Shown here one piece after another: positions 56,549-64,000 of a DNA stretch of 64,000 nt (position 1 is the first letter of the stretch; each line of letters starts with the position of its first letter). The position numbers and the translations under genes were made by a program. The notes beneath the pieces were generated by a model. The model did not search any database, was not told where the DNA came from, and was given only the letters and a program-made list of their open reading frames with translations. This stretch comes from Agathobacter sp. (GTDB taxonomy: Bacteria > Bacillota > Clostridia > Lachnospirales > Lachnospiraceae), in NCBI GenBank assembly GCA_034100525.1, contig JAXELM010000097.1, positions 27,272 to 91,271 of the forward strand, read 5' to 3'.

Positions 56549-57694
56549 TTATTCCTCATCAACTAAATATTCCTCAGTATTATTGTCATCTTCTGAATAT
56601 TCATCCTCATAATACTCTTCATCTTCGTAATCTTCTTCATAATCGTAGAAGTCGCCAGATTCTCGAGCCTGTGTCTCACTCTTAATATCAATCTTAAATC
56701 CTGTCAGTCTTGCTGCAAGTCTTGCATTCTGACCTTCTTTTCCGATTGCAAGTGATAACTGATAATCAGGCACTACAACCTTCGCTGTCTTCTCATCAGC
56801 ATCTGCAATAACTGAAATGACTTTTGCAGGACTAAGAGCATTCTGGATTAAAATAGCAGGATTCTCATCCCATGTAATTATATCTATTTTCTCACCGCGT
56901 AATTCGTTTACAATAGCATTTACACGTGCACCATTCATACCGACGCATGCACCTACTGGATCAACATCAGGATCATTTGACCAGACAGCTATTTTTGTAC
57001 GGCTTCCTGCTTCTCTTGAAATTGATTTAATCTCAACAATACCTTCTTTTACTTCTGTAACCTCTGATTCAAATAAACGTTTAACAAGCTCAGGATGTGT
57101 TCTTGAAACTAGAATCTTTGGTCCCTTTGAAGTAGATTTTACTTCAAGGATATAAACTTTTATTCTCTCTGTTGGCTGGAATGTTTCACCCTTTATCTGT
57201 TCGCTCTCAGTTAACAGAGCATCTGCTTTACCAAGATTAATACTTACATTTTTACCAACATATCTTTGTACAACACCTGTAACTACATCTTTTTCTTTGC
57301 TATTATATTCGTCAAAAATAACTTTACGCTCTTCTTCACGAATCTTCTGCAAAATAACATTCTTTGCATTTTGTGTTGCAATTCTTCCAAATTCCTTTGA
57401 TTTTACTTCTACTCTTACGATATCGCCAACAGAATACTTTCCATTAATCATCTGAGCATCAATAAGTGAAATCTCTTCAACCGGATCCAAAACCTCTTCA
57501 ACAACAGTTTTTTCCTGGTAACATACAAATTCACAAGTATCTCTGTTTATATCAACTTTTACATTGTCAGACTTACCAAAGTGATTCTTGCAAGCTGTTA
57601 CAAGAGAATTCTCAATTGCTTCAAGTAATGTATCTTTACTGATATTCTTCTCCTGCTCTAATAAATTTAACGCTTCTAATAACTCATTATTCAT
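56549..57694 (-). CDS. nusA: Transcription factor NusA
   Basis: FGRIATQNAK, SRTHP, REAGSRTKIAV, GACVG, LAIGKEGQNARLAA; acidic tail. Confidence 0.98.
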   Translation of the reverse strand: MNNELLEALNLLEQEKNISKDTLLEAIENSLVTACKNHFGKSDNVKVDINRDTCEFVCYQEKTVVEEVLDPVEEISLIDAQMINGKYSVGDIVRVEVKSKEFGRIATQNAKNVILQKIREEERKVIFDEYNSKEKDVVTGVVQRYVGKNVSINLGKADALLTESEQIKGETFQPTERIKVYILEVKSTSKGPKILVSRTHPELVKRLFESEVTEVKEGIVEIKSISREAGSRTKIAVWSNDPDVDPVGACVGMNGARVNAIVNELRGEKIDIITWDENPAILIQNALSPAKVISVIADADEKTAKVVVPDYQLSLAIGKEGQNARLAARLTGFKIDIKSETQARESGDFYDYEEDYEDEEYYEDEYSEDDNNTEEYLVDEE

Positions 57695-57731
57695 TATTTT
57701 TTCCTCCTATTTGTGTTATCGTGCGCTTTTA

Positions 57732-58199
57732 CTAAAAATGTACTGCCTGCCTTATTAAGGCTATCTCATTTTTTTGAAACTTAAGAACCTCTTGCTCTTC
57801 AGTTTGTATGGTAACAGAATCCGCATCATATTCTTTTAAGATTCCGTAAAACTCCTTACATTTGTTTATTGCTCTATATGTTCGTATCTCAACTTCTTTA
57901 TCAAGATTACGTATATAGTCCTTTTCCTTCTTTAATGGACGTCCAAGACCAGGTGAGCTGACTTCAAAAACATATGAATCCGGTATAAAATCTTCAGCAT
58001 CCAATATCTCATTCATCTGACGAGCAACTGCTTCACAATCATTTACAGTAATTCCGCCTTCTTTATCAATATATGCACGCAAATACCAGGTACCGCCTTC
58101 TTTGACATATTCAACATCAACAAGCTCGAAATTCATCTCTTCAATAATTGGCATAATAAGAGCTTCTGTCATGCTCTCATATATACTAGCTTTCGACAT
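57732..58199 (-). CDS. rimP: Ribosome maturation factor RimP
   Basis: ELVDVEY, YIDKEGGI, EVSSPGLGRPL; start ATG 58199 (SD GAGGTG). Confidence 0.95.
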   Translation of the reverse strand: MSKASIYESMTEALIMPIIEEMNFELVDVEYVKEGGTWYLRAYIDKEGGITVNDCEAVARQMNEILDAEDFIPDSYVFEVSSPGLGRPLKKEKDYIRNLDKEVEIRTYRAINKCKEFYGILKEYDADSVTIQTEEQEVLKFQKNEIALIRQAVHF

Positions 58200-58239
58200 T
58201 CGGTTAACACCTCTTTTCAAATTTGCTATTAAACGTGAA

Positions 58240-58267
58240 TTGAGAGAGGGCTTTCGCTCTCTCTCAA
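58240..58267 (-). promoter_or_regulatory. rimP leader hairpin
   Basis: TTGAGAGAGAGC-GAAA-GCCCTCTCTCAA with GNRA loop between promoter and SD. Confidence 0.65.
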
Positions 58268-58291
58268 CTTAGTTAACATGTTTACAAATGA

Positions 58292-58320
58292 ATGATATCA
58301 CTTAAACGCTGTAATTTCAA
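58292..58320 (-). promoter_or_regulatory. Sigma-A promoter of the rimP-nusA-infB operon
   Basis: TTGAAA-17 bp-TATCAT with extended TG. Confidence 0.7.
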
Positions 58321-58381
58321 GGCTTTTATTATATTTTTTTAATAAAACAAATAAAATAATTAATTTTTTTCAAAAAAATAC

Positions 58382-58410
58382 TTGCTTTTTATAAGATACC
58401 ATGATATTAT
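58382..58410 (+). promoter_or_regulatory. Sigma-A promoter of tRNA-Glu
   Basis: TTGCTT-17 bp-TATTAT with extended TG and an A-rich UP region. Confidence 0.7.
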
Positions 58411-58416
58411 AACTTC

Positions 58417-58488
58417 GGTTCGTTGGTCAAGCGGTTAAGACGCCGCCCTCTCACGGCGGAAACACGGGTTCGATTCCCGTACGGACTG
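58417..58488 (+). tRNA. tRNA-Glu (anticodon CTC)
   Basis: Cloverleaf: acceptor GGTTCGT/ACGGACT, D arm GTC-AAGCGGTTAA-GAC, anticodon arm CCGCC-CTCTCAC-GGCGG, T arm ACGGG-TTCGATT-CCCGT; CCA not encoded. Confidence 0.96.
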
Positions 58489-58524
58489 CTAGCTTATTTA
58501 AATTTAAATACAGCCCAACCCACT

Positions 58525-58554
58525 AAAAGCACTGAATAAATTCAGTGCTTTTTT
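58525..58554. terminator. Bidirectional terminator after tRNA-Glu / galE
   Basis: AAAAGCACTGAA-TAAA-TTCAGTGCTTTTTT. Confidence 0.85.
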
Positions 58555-58565
58555 GTATGTGAAAA

Positions 58566-58649
58566 GCAACCGCTTTATACTCCACACTCGCCCATGGATA
58601 GATATGTGTTATCTATCCATGGCAAATCTGTAGATTTCATAGCGGTTGC
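58566..58649. repeat. Nested palindromic element (REP/MITE-like or structured 3' RNA)
   Basis: Outer inverted repeat GCAACCGCT/AGCGGTTGC enclosing CCATGGATAGATA/TATCTATCCATGG and AAATCT/AGATTT. Confidence 0.7.
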
Positions 58650-58659
58650 AAAAAAATAT

Positions 58660-59676
58660 TTAAGCATCATATCCGTTAGGATTGTTCTTCTGCCATCTCC
58701 ATGAATCTGCACACATATCTTTGATGTCATACTGTGCTTTCCATCCCAGCTCTTTTTCTGCCTTACTTGGATCACAATAACATGTTGCAATATCTCCTGG
58801 TCTTCTTTCTTTTATGACATATGGAATCTTGATATCATTTGCAGCCTCGAAATTCTTTACGATATCGAGTACGCTGTATCCATGTCCTGTTCCAAGATTA
58901 TAAATACATAATCCCGCATTCTCTTCAATCTTCTTAAGTGCTTTAACGTGTCCGATTGCAAGGTCTACTACATGAATGTAATCTCGAACTCCGGTTCCGT
59001 CAGGTGTGTCATAATCATCTCCAAATACACCAAGCTGCTCAAGTTTACCTACAGCTACCTGTGTAATATATGGCATGAGATTGTTTGGAATACCATTCGG
59101 ATTTTCACCCATAGTTCCACTCTTATGTGCTCCAATAGGATTGAAATAACGAAGCAGAATCACATTCCATTCCTCATCAGCTTTTTGGATATCCATAAGA
59201 ATCTGTTCAAGCATAGATTTAGTCCATCCATATGGATTAGTACACTGTCCTTTAGGGCACTCTTCAGTTATAGGTATCTGTGCCGGATCTCCATATACTG
59301 TTGCAGATGATGAAAAAATAATATTTTTGCATCCGTTCTGACGCATTACATCTACCAAAGTAAGTGTTCCGGAAATGTTGTTATTATAGTATTCCCAAGG
59401 CTTTGCAACAGACTCACCAACAGCTTTTAGTCCGGCAAAATGAATACAACTGTCAATCTTCTCATTTTTGAATATCTCATTTAAAATATCACGGTCTAAG
59501 ATATCTCCCTTATAAAATTTAACTTCTTTTCCGGTTAAAGCTTTTACTCTGTCAAGTGATTTTTCTGAAGCATTTGACAGATTGTCGAGTACTACCACAT
59601 CATATCCTGCATCTAATAATTCAACACAAGTATGACTTCCTATATATCCTGCGCCACCAGTTACTAATATTGCCAT
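58660..59676 (-). CDS. galE: UDP-glucose 4-epimerase
   Basis: [55 protein letters not shown]. Confidence 0.98.
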   Translation of the reverse strand: MAILVTGGAGYIGSHTCVELLDAGYDVVVLDNLSNASEKSLDRVKALTGKEVKFYKGDILDRDILNEIFKNEKIDSCIHFAGLKAVGESVAKPWEYYNNNISGTLTLVDVMRQNGCKNIIFSSSATVYGDPAQIPITEECPKGQCTNPYGWTKSMLEQILMDIQKADEEWNVILLRYFNPIGAHKSGTMGENPNGIPNNLMPYITQVAVGKLEQLGVFGDDYDTPDGTGVRDYIHVVDLAIGHVKALKKIEENAGLCIYNLGTGHGYSVLDIVKNFEAANDIKIPYVIKERRPGDIATCYCDPSKAEKELGWKAQYDIKDMCADSWRWQKNNPNGYDA

Positions 59677-59814
59677 ATCTCATCTCTCCTTTATAGTTGT
59701 TATTTTGTAATATATGTATATTTTATCCTATTATATTTTTTTTGTATAGCACAAAATGTATAACAAATATGTAAAAATGTTGCACATAGATAAAAATTAA
59801 GTATATAAAAAAAC

Positions 59815-60376
59815 ATGAATAATTATAAGAACTCATATAAAGCAACTGAATAAGAACTTGTATCACTGTGTGTATATAATGTCGGAAATCAAAAATGTGA
59901 CCCATTGTATCAGTGGGGTCCAGGTGTTCGTGACCACTATCTCATACACTATATCATTTCAGGAAAAGGAACATATACTGTAAACAATACCACACATAAT
60001 CTTTGTGCCGGAGACTGTTTTCTTGTATTTCCAAATACTGAGGTTATTTATCGCGCTGATGAATATGAACCATGGGAGTATGTATGGGTAGGTTTTTCAG
60101 GAAGTGATGCCGAAATGATATTAAAAGCAACCGACTTTACTAAGATGCATCCATGCTTAAAAAATTTATCATACGGCGATGAGGTATGTAGACAGATATT
60201 ACATATATATGACGCAAGAGGTAATAAATTCGAACATGCGGTAGAAATGACAGGCAGACTATATACAACATTAGCTATTTTCATGCATGAATCGAATAAA
60301 GATGTTTCGTTCATTTGAGTCAGTAATGAATATTTCACCTAAAGAATACAGGCAAAAAAGGATATCACGATTGTGA
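59815..60376 (+). pseudogene. AraC family regulator (MsmR-like) pseudogene
   Basis: ATG 59815, in-frame TAA at codon 13 (59851), cupin domain GPGVRDHYLIHYIISGKG...PWEYVWVGF, then an out-of-frame HTH tail FRSFESVMNISPKEYR (60305-60376); most of the HTH is missing. Confidence 0.85.
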
Positions 60377-60384
60377 TATCCTTT
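60354..60384. terminator. Bidirectional terminator after rplT
   Basis: AAAGGATATCAC-GATT-GTGATATCCTTT. Confidence 0.85.
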
Positions 60385-60391
60385 AATATTT

Positions 60392-60748
60392 CTAAGCTAT
60401 TTTACTCTTTGCAAGGTCAACTAATTTAGCAAAACCATCTGCATCTGTAACAGCCATATCAGCTAAAACCTTACGGTTAAGATCTACGTTAGCCAATTTT
60501 AATCCATACATAAACTGGCTGTATGAAAGTCCGTTCAAACGAGCTGCAGCGTTAATACGTGCAATCCATAACTGACGGAACTGTCTCTTTCTCTCTTTAC
60601 GTCCAGAATAAGAACTTGTTAAGGCTCTCATAACTGACTGCTTAGCTACTCTATACTGTTTAGATCTAGCGCCTCTGTAACCCTTTGCTAACTTTAATGT
60701 TCTGTTATGTCTTTTTTTAGCGCCTAAACCGCCTTTAACTCTTGCCAT
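60392..60748 (-). CDS. rplT: 50S ribosomal protein L20
   Basis: [39 protein letters not shown]. Confidence 0.98.
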   Translation of the reverse strand: MARVKGGLGAKKRHNRTLKLAKGYRGARSKQYRVAKQSVMRALTSSYSGRKERKRQFRQLWIARINAAARLNGLSYSQFMYGLKLANVDLNRKVLADMAVTDADGFAKLVDLAKSKIA

Positions 60749-60773
60749 TTGTCAAATTCCTCCTTAACTAATC

Positions 60774-60971
60774 TTACATATATGGTAAAATTTTCTTCAT
60801 ATTCTTAACATTTGTCTGATCTGTCATAGCTGCTTTTCTAAGATTTCTCTTAGTCTTAGTAGTCTTCTTTGTTAAGATATGTCTCTTATAAGCTTTATTT
60901 CTCTTTAATTTTCCTGTTCCTGTAAGTTTGAAACGTTTTGCAGCTGCTCTGCTAGTTTTCATTTTTGGCAT
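60774..60971 (-). CDS. rpmI: 50S ribosomal protein L35
   Basis: MPKMKT..AAAKRFK.TGTGK, HILTKK. Confidence 0.98.
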   Translation of the reverse strand: MPKMKTSRAAAKRFKLTGTGKLKRNKAYKRHILTKKTTKTKRNLRKAAMTDQTNVKNMKKILPYM

Positions 60972-60992
60972 TGTGTATTCCTCCTTAAAATG

Positions 60993-61499
60993 TTATCTTT
61001 TTTCTGCCAGCACCATTCCGATGCTTCTTCCTTCGACTTTTGGTGCTTTCTCCACTACTGCAACATCTGAAAGATTTTCGGCAAAATCATCCAAAATATG
61101 CTTACTGCTATTCATATGTGCCATTTCTCTACCACGGAATCTCAAAGTAATCTTCACTTTATTTCCTTTAGCAAGAAATTTCTTCGCAGCATTCATCTTG
61201 GTATTTAAATCGTTCGCTTCGATATTTGGAGACAAACGAATCTCCTTAAGCTCAACAGTTTTCTGCTTCTTCTTTGCATCTTTCTCTTTACGAGCCTGTT
61301 CGTAACGATATTTACCGTAGTCAATCACCTTGCAAACTGGTGGTTTAGCTTTTGGAGCAATCTTTACTAAATCAAGTCCTGCATCGTCAGCAATCTTCTG
61401 TGCTTCTCGTGCAGACATAACTCCAAGCTGCTCCCCATCGGCTCCAACAACTCGAACCTCTTTGTCTCTAATTTGCTCGTTAATCATTAAATCGCTAAT
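60993..61499 (-). CDS. infC: Translation initiation factor IF-3 (ATT start)
   Basis: INEQIR, LDLV, PPVCK, DYGKYRYE, FRGRE; SD GGAGGT lies 8 nt before the in-frame ATT at 61499. Confidence 0.96.
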   Translation of the reverse strand: MSDLMINEQIRDKEVRVVGADGEQLGVMSAREAQKIADDAGLDLVKIAPKAKPPVCKVIDYGKYRYEQARKEKDAKKKQKTVELKEIRLSPNIEANDLNTKMNAAKKFLAKGNKVKITLRFRGREMAHMNSSKHILDDFAENLSDVAVVEKAPKVEGRSIGMVLAEKR

Positions 61500-61513
61500 G
61501 GTCTTGTACCTCC

Positions 61514-61632
61514 AATAAAAAATAGTGGATAGGCAGACTATCCACTATTAATATCTAACATACACAAATGTTTGAAATATTAACACTAAGTCGCCCAATT
61601 GCGCTTAGGTGAGAGTGGATACTCTACTTTGT
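61514..61632 (-). ncRNA. L20 leader (attenuator) upstream of infC-rpmI-rplT
   Basis: Terminator AATAGTGGATAG/CTATCCACTATT plus T tract just before the SD; upstream TATCCACT (61614-61621) can pair with the 5' arm as an antiterminator. Confidence 0.8.
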
Positions 61633-61649
61633 TTTCTAACAACTACTAT

Positions 61650-61678
61650 AAATTATCACACATGATTACTCATGTCAA
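61650..61678 (-). promoter_or_regulatory. Sigma-A promoter of the infC operon
   Basis: TTGACA-17 bp-TAATTT with extended TG. Confidence 0.65.
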
Positions 61679-61695
61679 TAGAAAATTAATAAAAA

Positions 61696-63816
61696 TTACA
61701 TTGGTTCAGCCGGAATAAAAACTCTTCCTCTATCCTCGGCTATTATATCTGGTACAGCTTTCGCTGCCTCCTCGACAAATACTCTCTGGGAATTAACAAG
61801 AGTCTTACCTCTTTTGTCAATTCTCGAATAATTGCCATCTGCTCCAAGAATTCTCGCTTTTACATTATCAGCAAGTTCAACCTCAAGTATATGAATGGCC
61901 TCTTCTTTTAACCTGTCTTCTAATAATGGGAATATTATTTCAACCCTTTTATCCAGATTTCTCGGCATCCAATCAGCACTTCCCATATACACCTCGGCAT
62001 CACCATTATTTTCGAAGTAAAAAATTCTACTGTGTTCAAGATAATTTCCAACAATTGACCGAACTGAAATATTTTCGCTCACACCAGGTATACCTGTTCT
62101 AAGACAACATATACCTCTTACTATTAAATCTATTTTAACACCACATGATGATGCTTCATATAAAGCCTCAATGATTCCCGGGTCACACAGTGAATTCATC
62201 TTTGCAATAATCCTTGCCTCATATCCCTTTTGGGCGTTTTTAGTTTCTCTTTTTATAAGCTTTATAAATTTATCTCTAAGCCAGTATGGAGCCAAAATCA
62301 ATTGATTCCATGACATTGGTTCAGAATATCCTGAGAGCATGTTAAATACCGCAGTAGCATCCTCTCCTATAGACTCTTTACATGTGAAAATTCCGCAGTC
62401 AGTATATAATTTTGCTGTTGAATCATTGTAATTTCCGGTTCCAAGATGTACATATCTTCGGATGCCATCATCCTCCTGCCTTACAACAAGAGCTATTTTA
62501 CTATGTGTTTTAAGACCTACCAGACCATATATTACATGACATCCTGCCTGCTCTAGTTTTTTTGCCCAGACAATATTATTTTCTTCATCAAATCTTGCTT
62601 TAAGCTCAACTAAAACAGTTACCTGTTTTCCATTTTCAGCTGCTTGTGCCAAAGATGCAATAATAGGTGAATTTCCACTTACACGGTACAAAGTCTGTTT
62701 AATTGCAAGAACCTTTGGGTCAACAGATGCCTGTCGGATAAAATCAACAACAGGATCAAAGGTCTGATATGGATGATGCAGAAAAATATCCTCTTTCCTA
62801 ATCGCCTCAAAAATATCTCCGCCGGCAGTAATCTGTGGTACAGGCTGTGGAACCGGCTGCACATATCTAAGATGGTCAAAACCGTCTATTCCAAATACCT
62901 TCATCATGCAGGTTAAATCTATTGGTCCCTGCAATTTGAAAATATCTTCGTCAGCAACCTTCAATTCACTTTTGAGGAATTTCAGTAATCTCTTGTCTAT
63001 ACCATCTTCCACTTCAAGTCTGATTACTTCGCCCCACTGTCTCATTTTTAGCTTATTTTGAATCTCCTTTAATAAATCAGAAGCTTCATCTTCATCAATA
63101 GTCAAATCTGCATTACGCATTATTCTATATGGATAAGCGCAGACAACTTTATAATTTGAAAATAAAATGTCAATATTTTTCTCGATTATTTGTTCTAATA
63201 ATATAAATGTACGATTTTCTTCTGATGGAATCTCGACCACTCTCGGTAGCACACCAGGAACCTGAACAGTAGCAAAAACCATCTCCTTTTTTTCTTTTTT
63301 GCTTGTTAACAATGCAGCAATATTAAGTGTCTTGTTTCTTATTAATGGAAATGGTCTCGAAGCATCAACTGCCATTGGTGTCAGTACCGGATACACTCTT
63401 TCTTTGAAATATCTATCTACAAATTCAATCTGTTTTTCTGATAAATCTTCATATTTGTCATAAATAATAATCCCCTCTTTATTTAAAAGAGGAGTAAGAA
63501 GACGATTGTAAGTACGATATTGCACATCAACTAACTTTCTTGTTGCCTCATTTATAGCAACAAGCTGTTCTGTGGCAGTCATACCTGCTATATCCTTCTT
63601 TTTATAGTTTGCATGAACCATATCTTTAAGAGAAGCAACTCTTACCATAAAAAATTCATCAAGATTTGATGATGTAATACTAAGAAATTTGAGTCTCTCC
63701 AACAAGGGAATATTCTTATCTCTTGCTTCCTCTAGCACACGCTCGTCGAACTTAATCCAGCTTAGCTCTCTATTTTCATATAATTTTGGATTTTTAAAAT
63801 CTATAACCTTGTCCAT
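61696..63816 (-). CDS. ppk1: Polyphosphate kinase 1
   Basis: NRELSWIKFDERVL, NLDEFFMVRVA, LHHPY, KQTLYR, ELKARFDEENNI, KTHSK, GTGNYN, GSADWMPRNL. Confidence 0.97.
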   Translation of the reverse strand: MDKVIDFKNPKLYENRELSWIKFDERVLEEARDKNIPLLERLKFLSITSSNLDEFFMVRVASLKDMVHANYKKKDIAGMTATEQLVAINEATRKLVDVQYRTYNRLLTPLLNKEGIIIYDKYEDLSEKQIEFVDRYFKERVYPVLTPMAVDASRPFPLIRNKTLNIAALLTSKKEKKEMVFATVQVPGVLPRVVEIPSEENRTFILLEQIIEKNIDILFSNYKVVCAYPYRIMRNADLTIDEDEASDLLKEIQNKLKMRQWGEVIRLEVEDGIDKRLLKFLKSELKVADEDIFKLQGPIDLTCMMKVFGIDGFDHLRYVQPVPQPVPQITAGGDIFEAIRKEDIFLHHPYQTFDPVVDFIRQASVDPKVLAIKQTLYRVSGNSPIIASLAQAAENGKQVTVLVELKARFDEENNIVWAKKLEQAGCHVIYGLVGLKTHSKIALVVRQEDDGIRRYVHLGTGNYNDSTAKLYTDCGIFTCKESIGEDATAVFNMLSGYSEPMSWNQLILAPYWLRDKFIKLIKRETKNAQKGYEARIIAKMNSLCDPGIIEALYEASSCGVKIDLIVRGICCLRTGIPGVSENISVRSIVGNYLEHSRIFYFENNGDAEVYMGSADWMPRNLDKRVEIIFPLLEDRLKEEAIHILEVELADNVKARILGADGNYSRIDKRGKTLVNSQRVFVEEAAKAVPDIIAEDRGRVFIPAEPM

Positions 63817-63832
63817 ATTATTCTCCCCATTA

Positions 63833-64000
63833 CTAATATATACGCTTTTCTTTTAATATTGGCTTAATACTAAATATCTTCTCAAAATAAGCAGTTTTCT
63901 GCTCAAATAATATCTGTTCAAGTGAAATATCTTCAAGTGATTCTACAGTAAAAATTAATTCTCTACCTTTAATAGATACTCTTATATTTTGAAATTTCTG
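63833..64000 (-). CDS. C-terminal fragment of probable exopolyphosphatase Ppx/GppA
   Basis: Hand translation QKFQNIRVSIKGRELIFTVESLEDISLEQILFEQKTAYFEKIFSIKPILKEKRIY*; resembles a Ppx C-terminus and precedes ppk1. Confidence 0.7.
   Translation of the reverse strand, partial: QKFQNIRVSIKGRELIFTVESLEDISLEQILFEQKTAYFEKIFSIKPILKEKRIY

Noticed and set aside
58575-58790. 71-aa minus ORF running from galE into the palindromic element
   Set aside because: Alternate frame of the galE 3' end; no SD or motif.
59851-59853. In-frame TAA as possible stop-codon recoding
   Set aside because: TAA is the normal stop throughout the window, and the same gene also carries a deletion, so decay is the simpler explanation.
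59723-59905. 60-aa minus ORF upstream of galE
   Set aside because: Antisense to the 5' part of the AraC pseudogene and runs through AT-rich promoter DNA.
58489-60390. Possible genomic island at tRNA-Glu
   Set aside because: No integrase, no duplicated tRNA 3' end, and galE looks native.
602-62879. Numerous 60-225 aa antisense or alternate-frame ORFs in the track (e.g. 7309-7848, 9075-9752, 34267-34824, 41597-42145, 49382-49846)
   Set aside because: All overlap well-supported conserved genes, lack SD and recognisable motifs, and show the Ser/Ile/Phe-rich composition of shadow frames.
1-64000. CRISPR arrays, IS elements, prophage, parS/dif/DnaA-box clusters
   Set aside because: No regularly spaced repeats, transposase, integrase or phage ORFs, or consensus sites were seen on manual reading.

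Overview
AT-rich, core-genome segment of a low-GC Firmicute, most likely a spore-forming, motile Lachnospiraceae member (inferred from gene order and protein style). Nearly all of the ~65 genes lie on the minus strand, the probable leading strand. Contents in window order: rimO (partial), rpoZ, gmk, yloC, rqcH, recG, fakA, asp23, rpmB, ytfJ/ytfI, NUDIX, PBP, FtsW/RodA, U32, zapA, ruvBA, an EetB/EetA-like pair, miaB, proA, 5-FTHF cyclo-ligase, DUF896, proB, apbE, rnfCDGEAB, a YprB-like exonuclease, cheR, rpsA, ispH, cmk, HI0933, rpiR, yoaK, a five-gene Na+-translocating decarboxylase operon, dacB, scpBA, an S8 protease, pnp, rpsO, an SH3-NlpC/P60 hydrolase, the rimP-nusA-infB-rbfA-truB-ribF operon, tRNA-Glu(CUC), galE, a decayed AraC gene, infC-rpmI-rplT, ppk1 and partial ppx. 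I found no mobile element, prophage or CRISPR array. The most interesting signals are regulatory or recoding. (1) A dense array of NrdR-box-like palindromes lies upstream of scpAB, with single perfect cores at the zapA and rnfC/exonuclease promoters. (2) A prfB-like CUU-UGA site at the ispH stop could give an IspH-S1 fusion by +1 frameshift. (3) A hybrid decarboxylase/transcarboxylase-like Na+ pump has a lipoprotein-extended OadG and a Rex box. (4) A WalR-like box is hidden in the ribF 3' end. (5) A near-leaderless, sigma-K-type S8 protease gene. (6) An AraC pseudogene with a nonsense codon and an internal deletion. All calls are by eye; no database searches were run.
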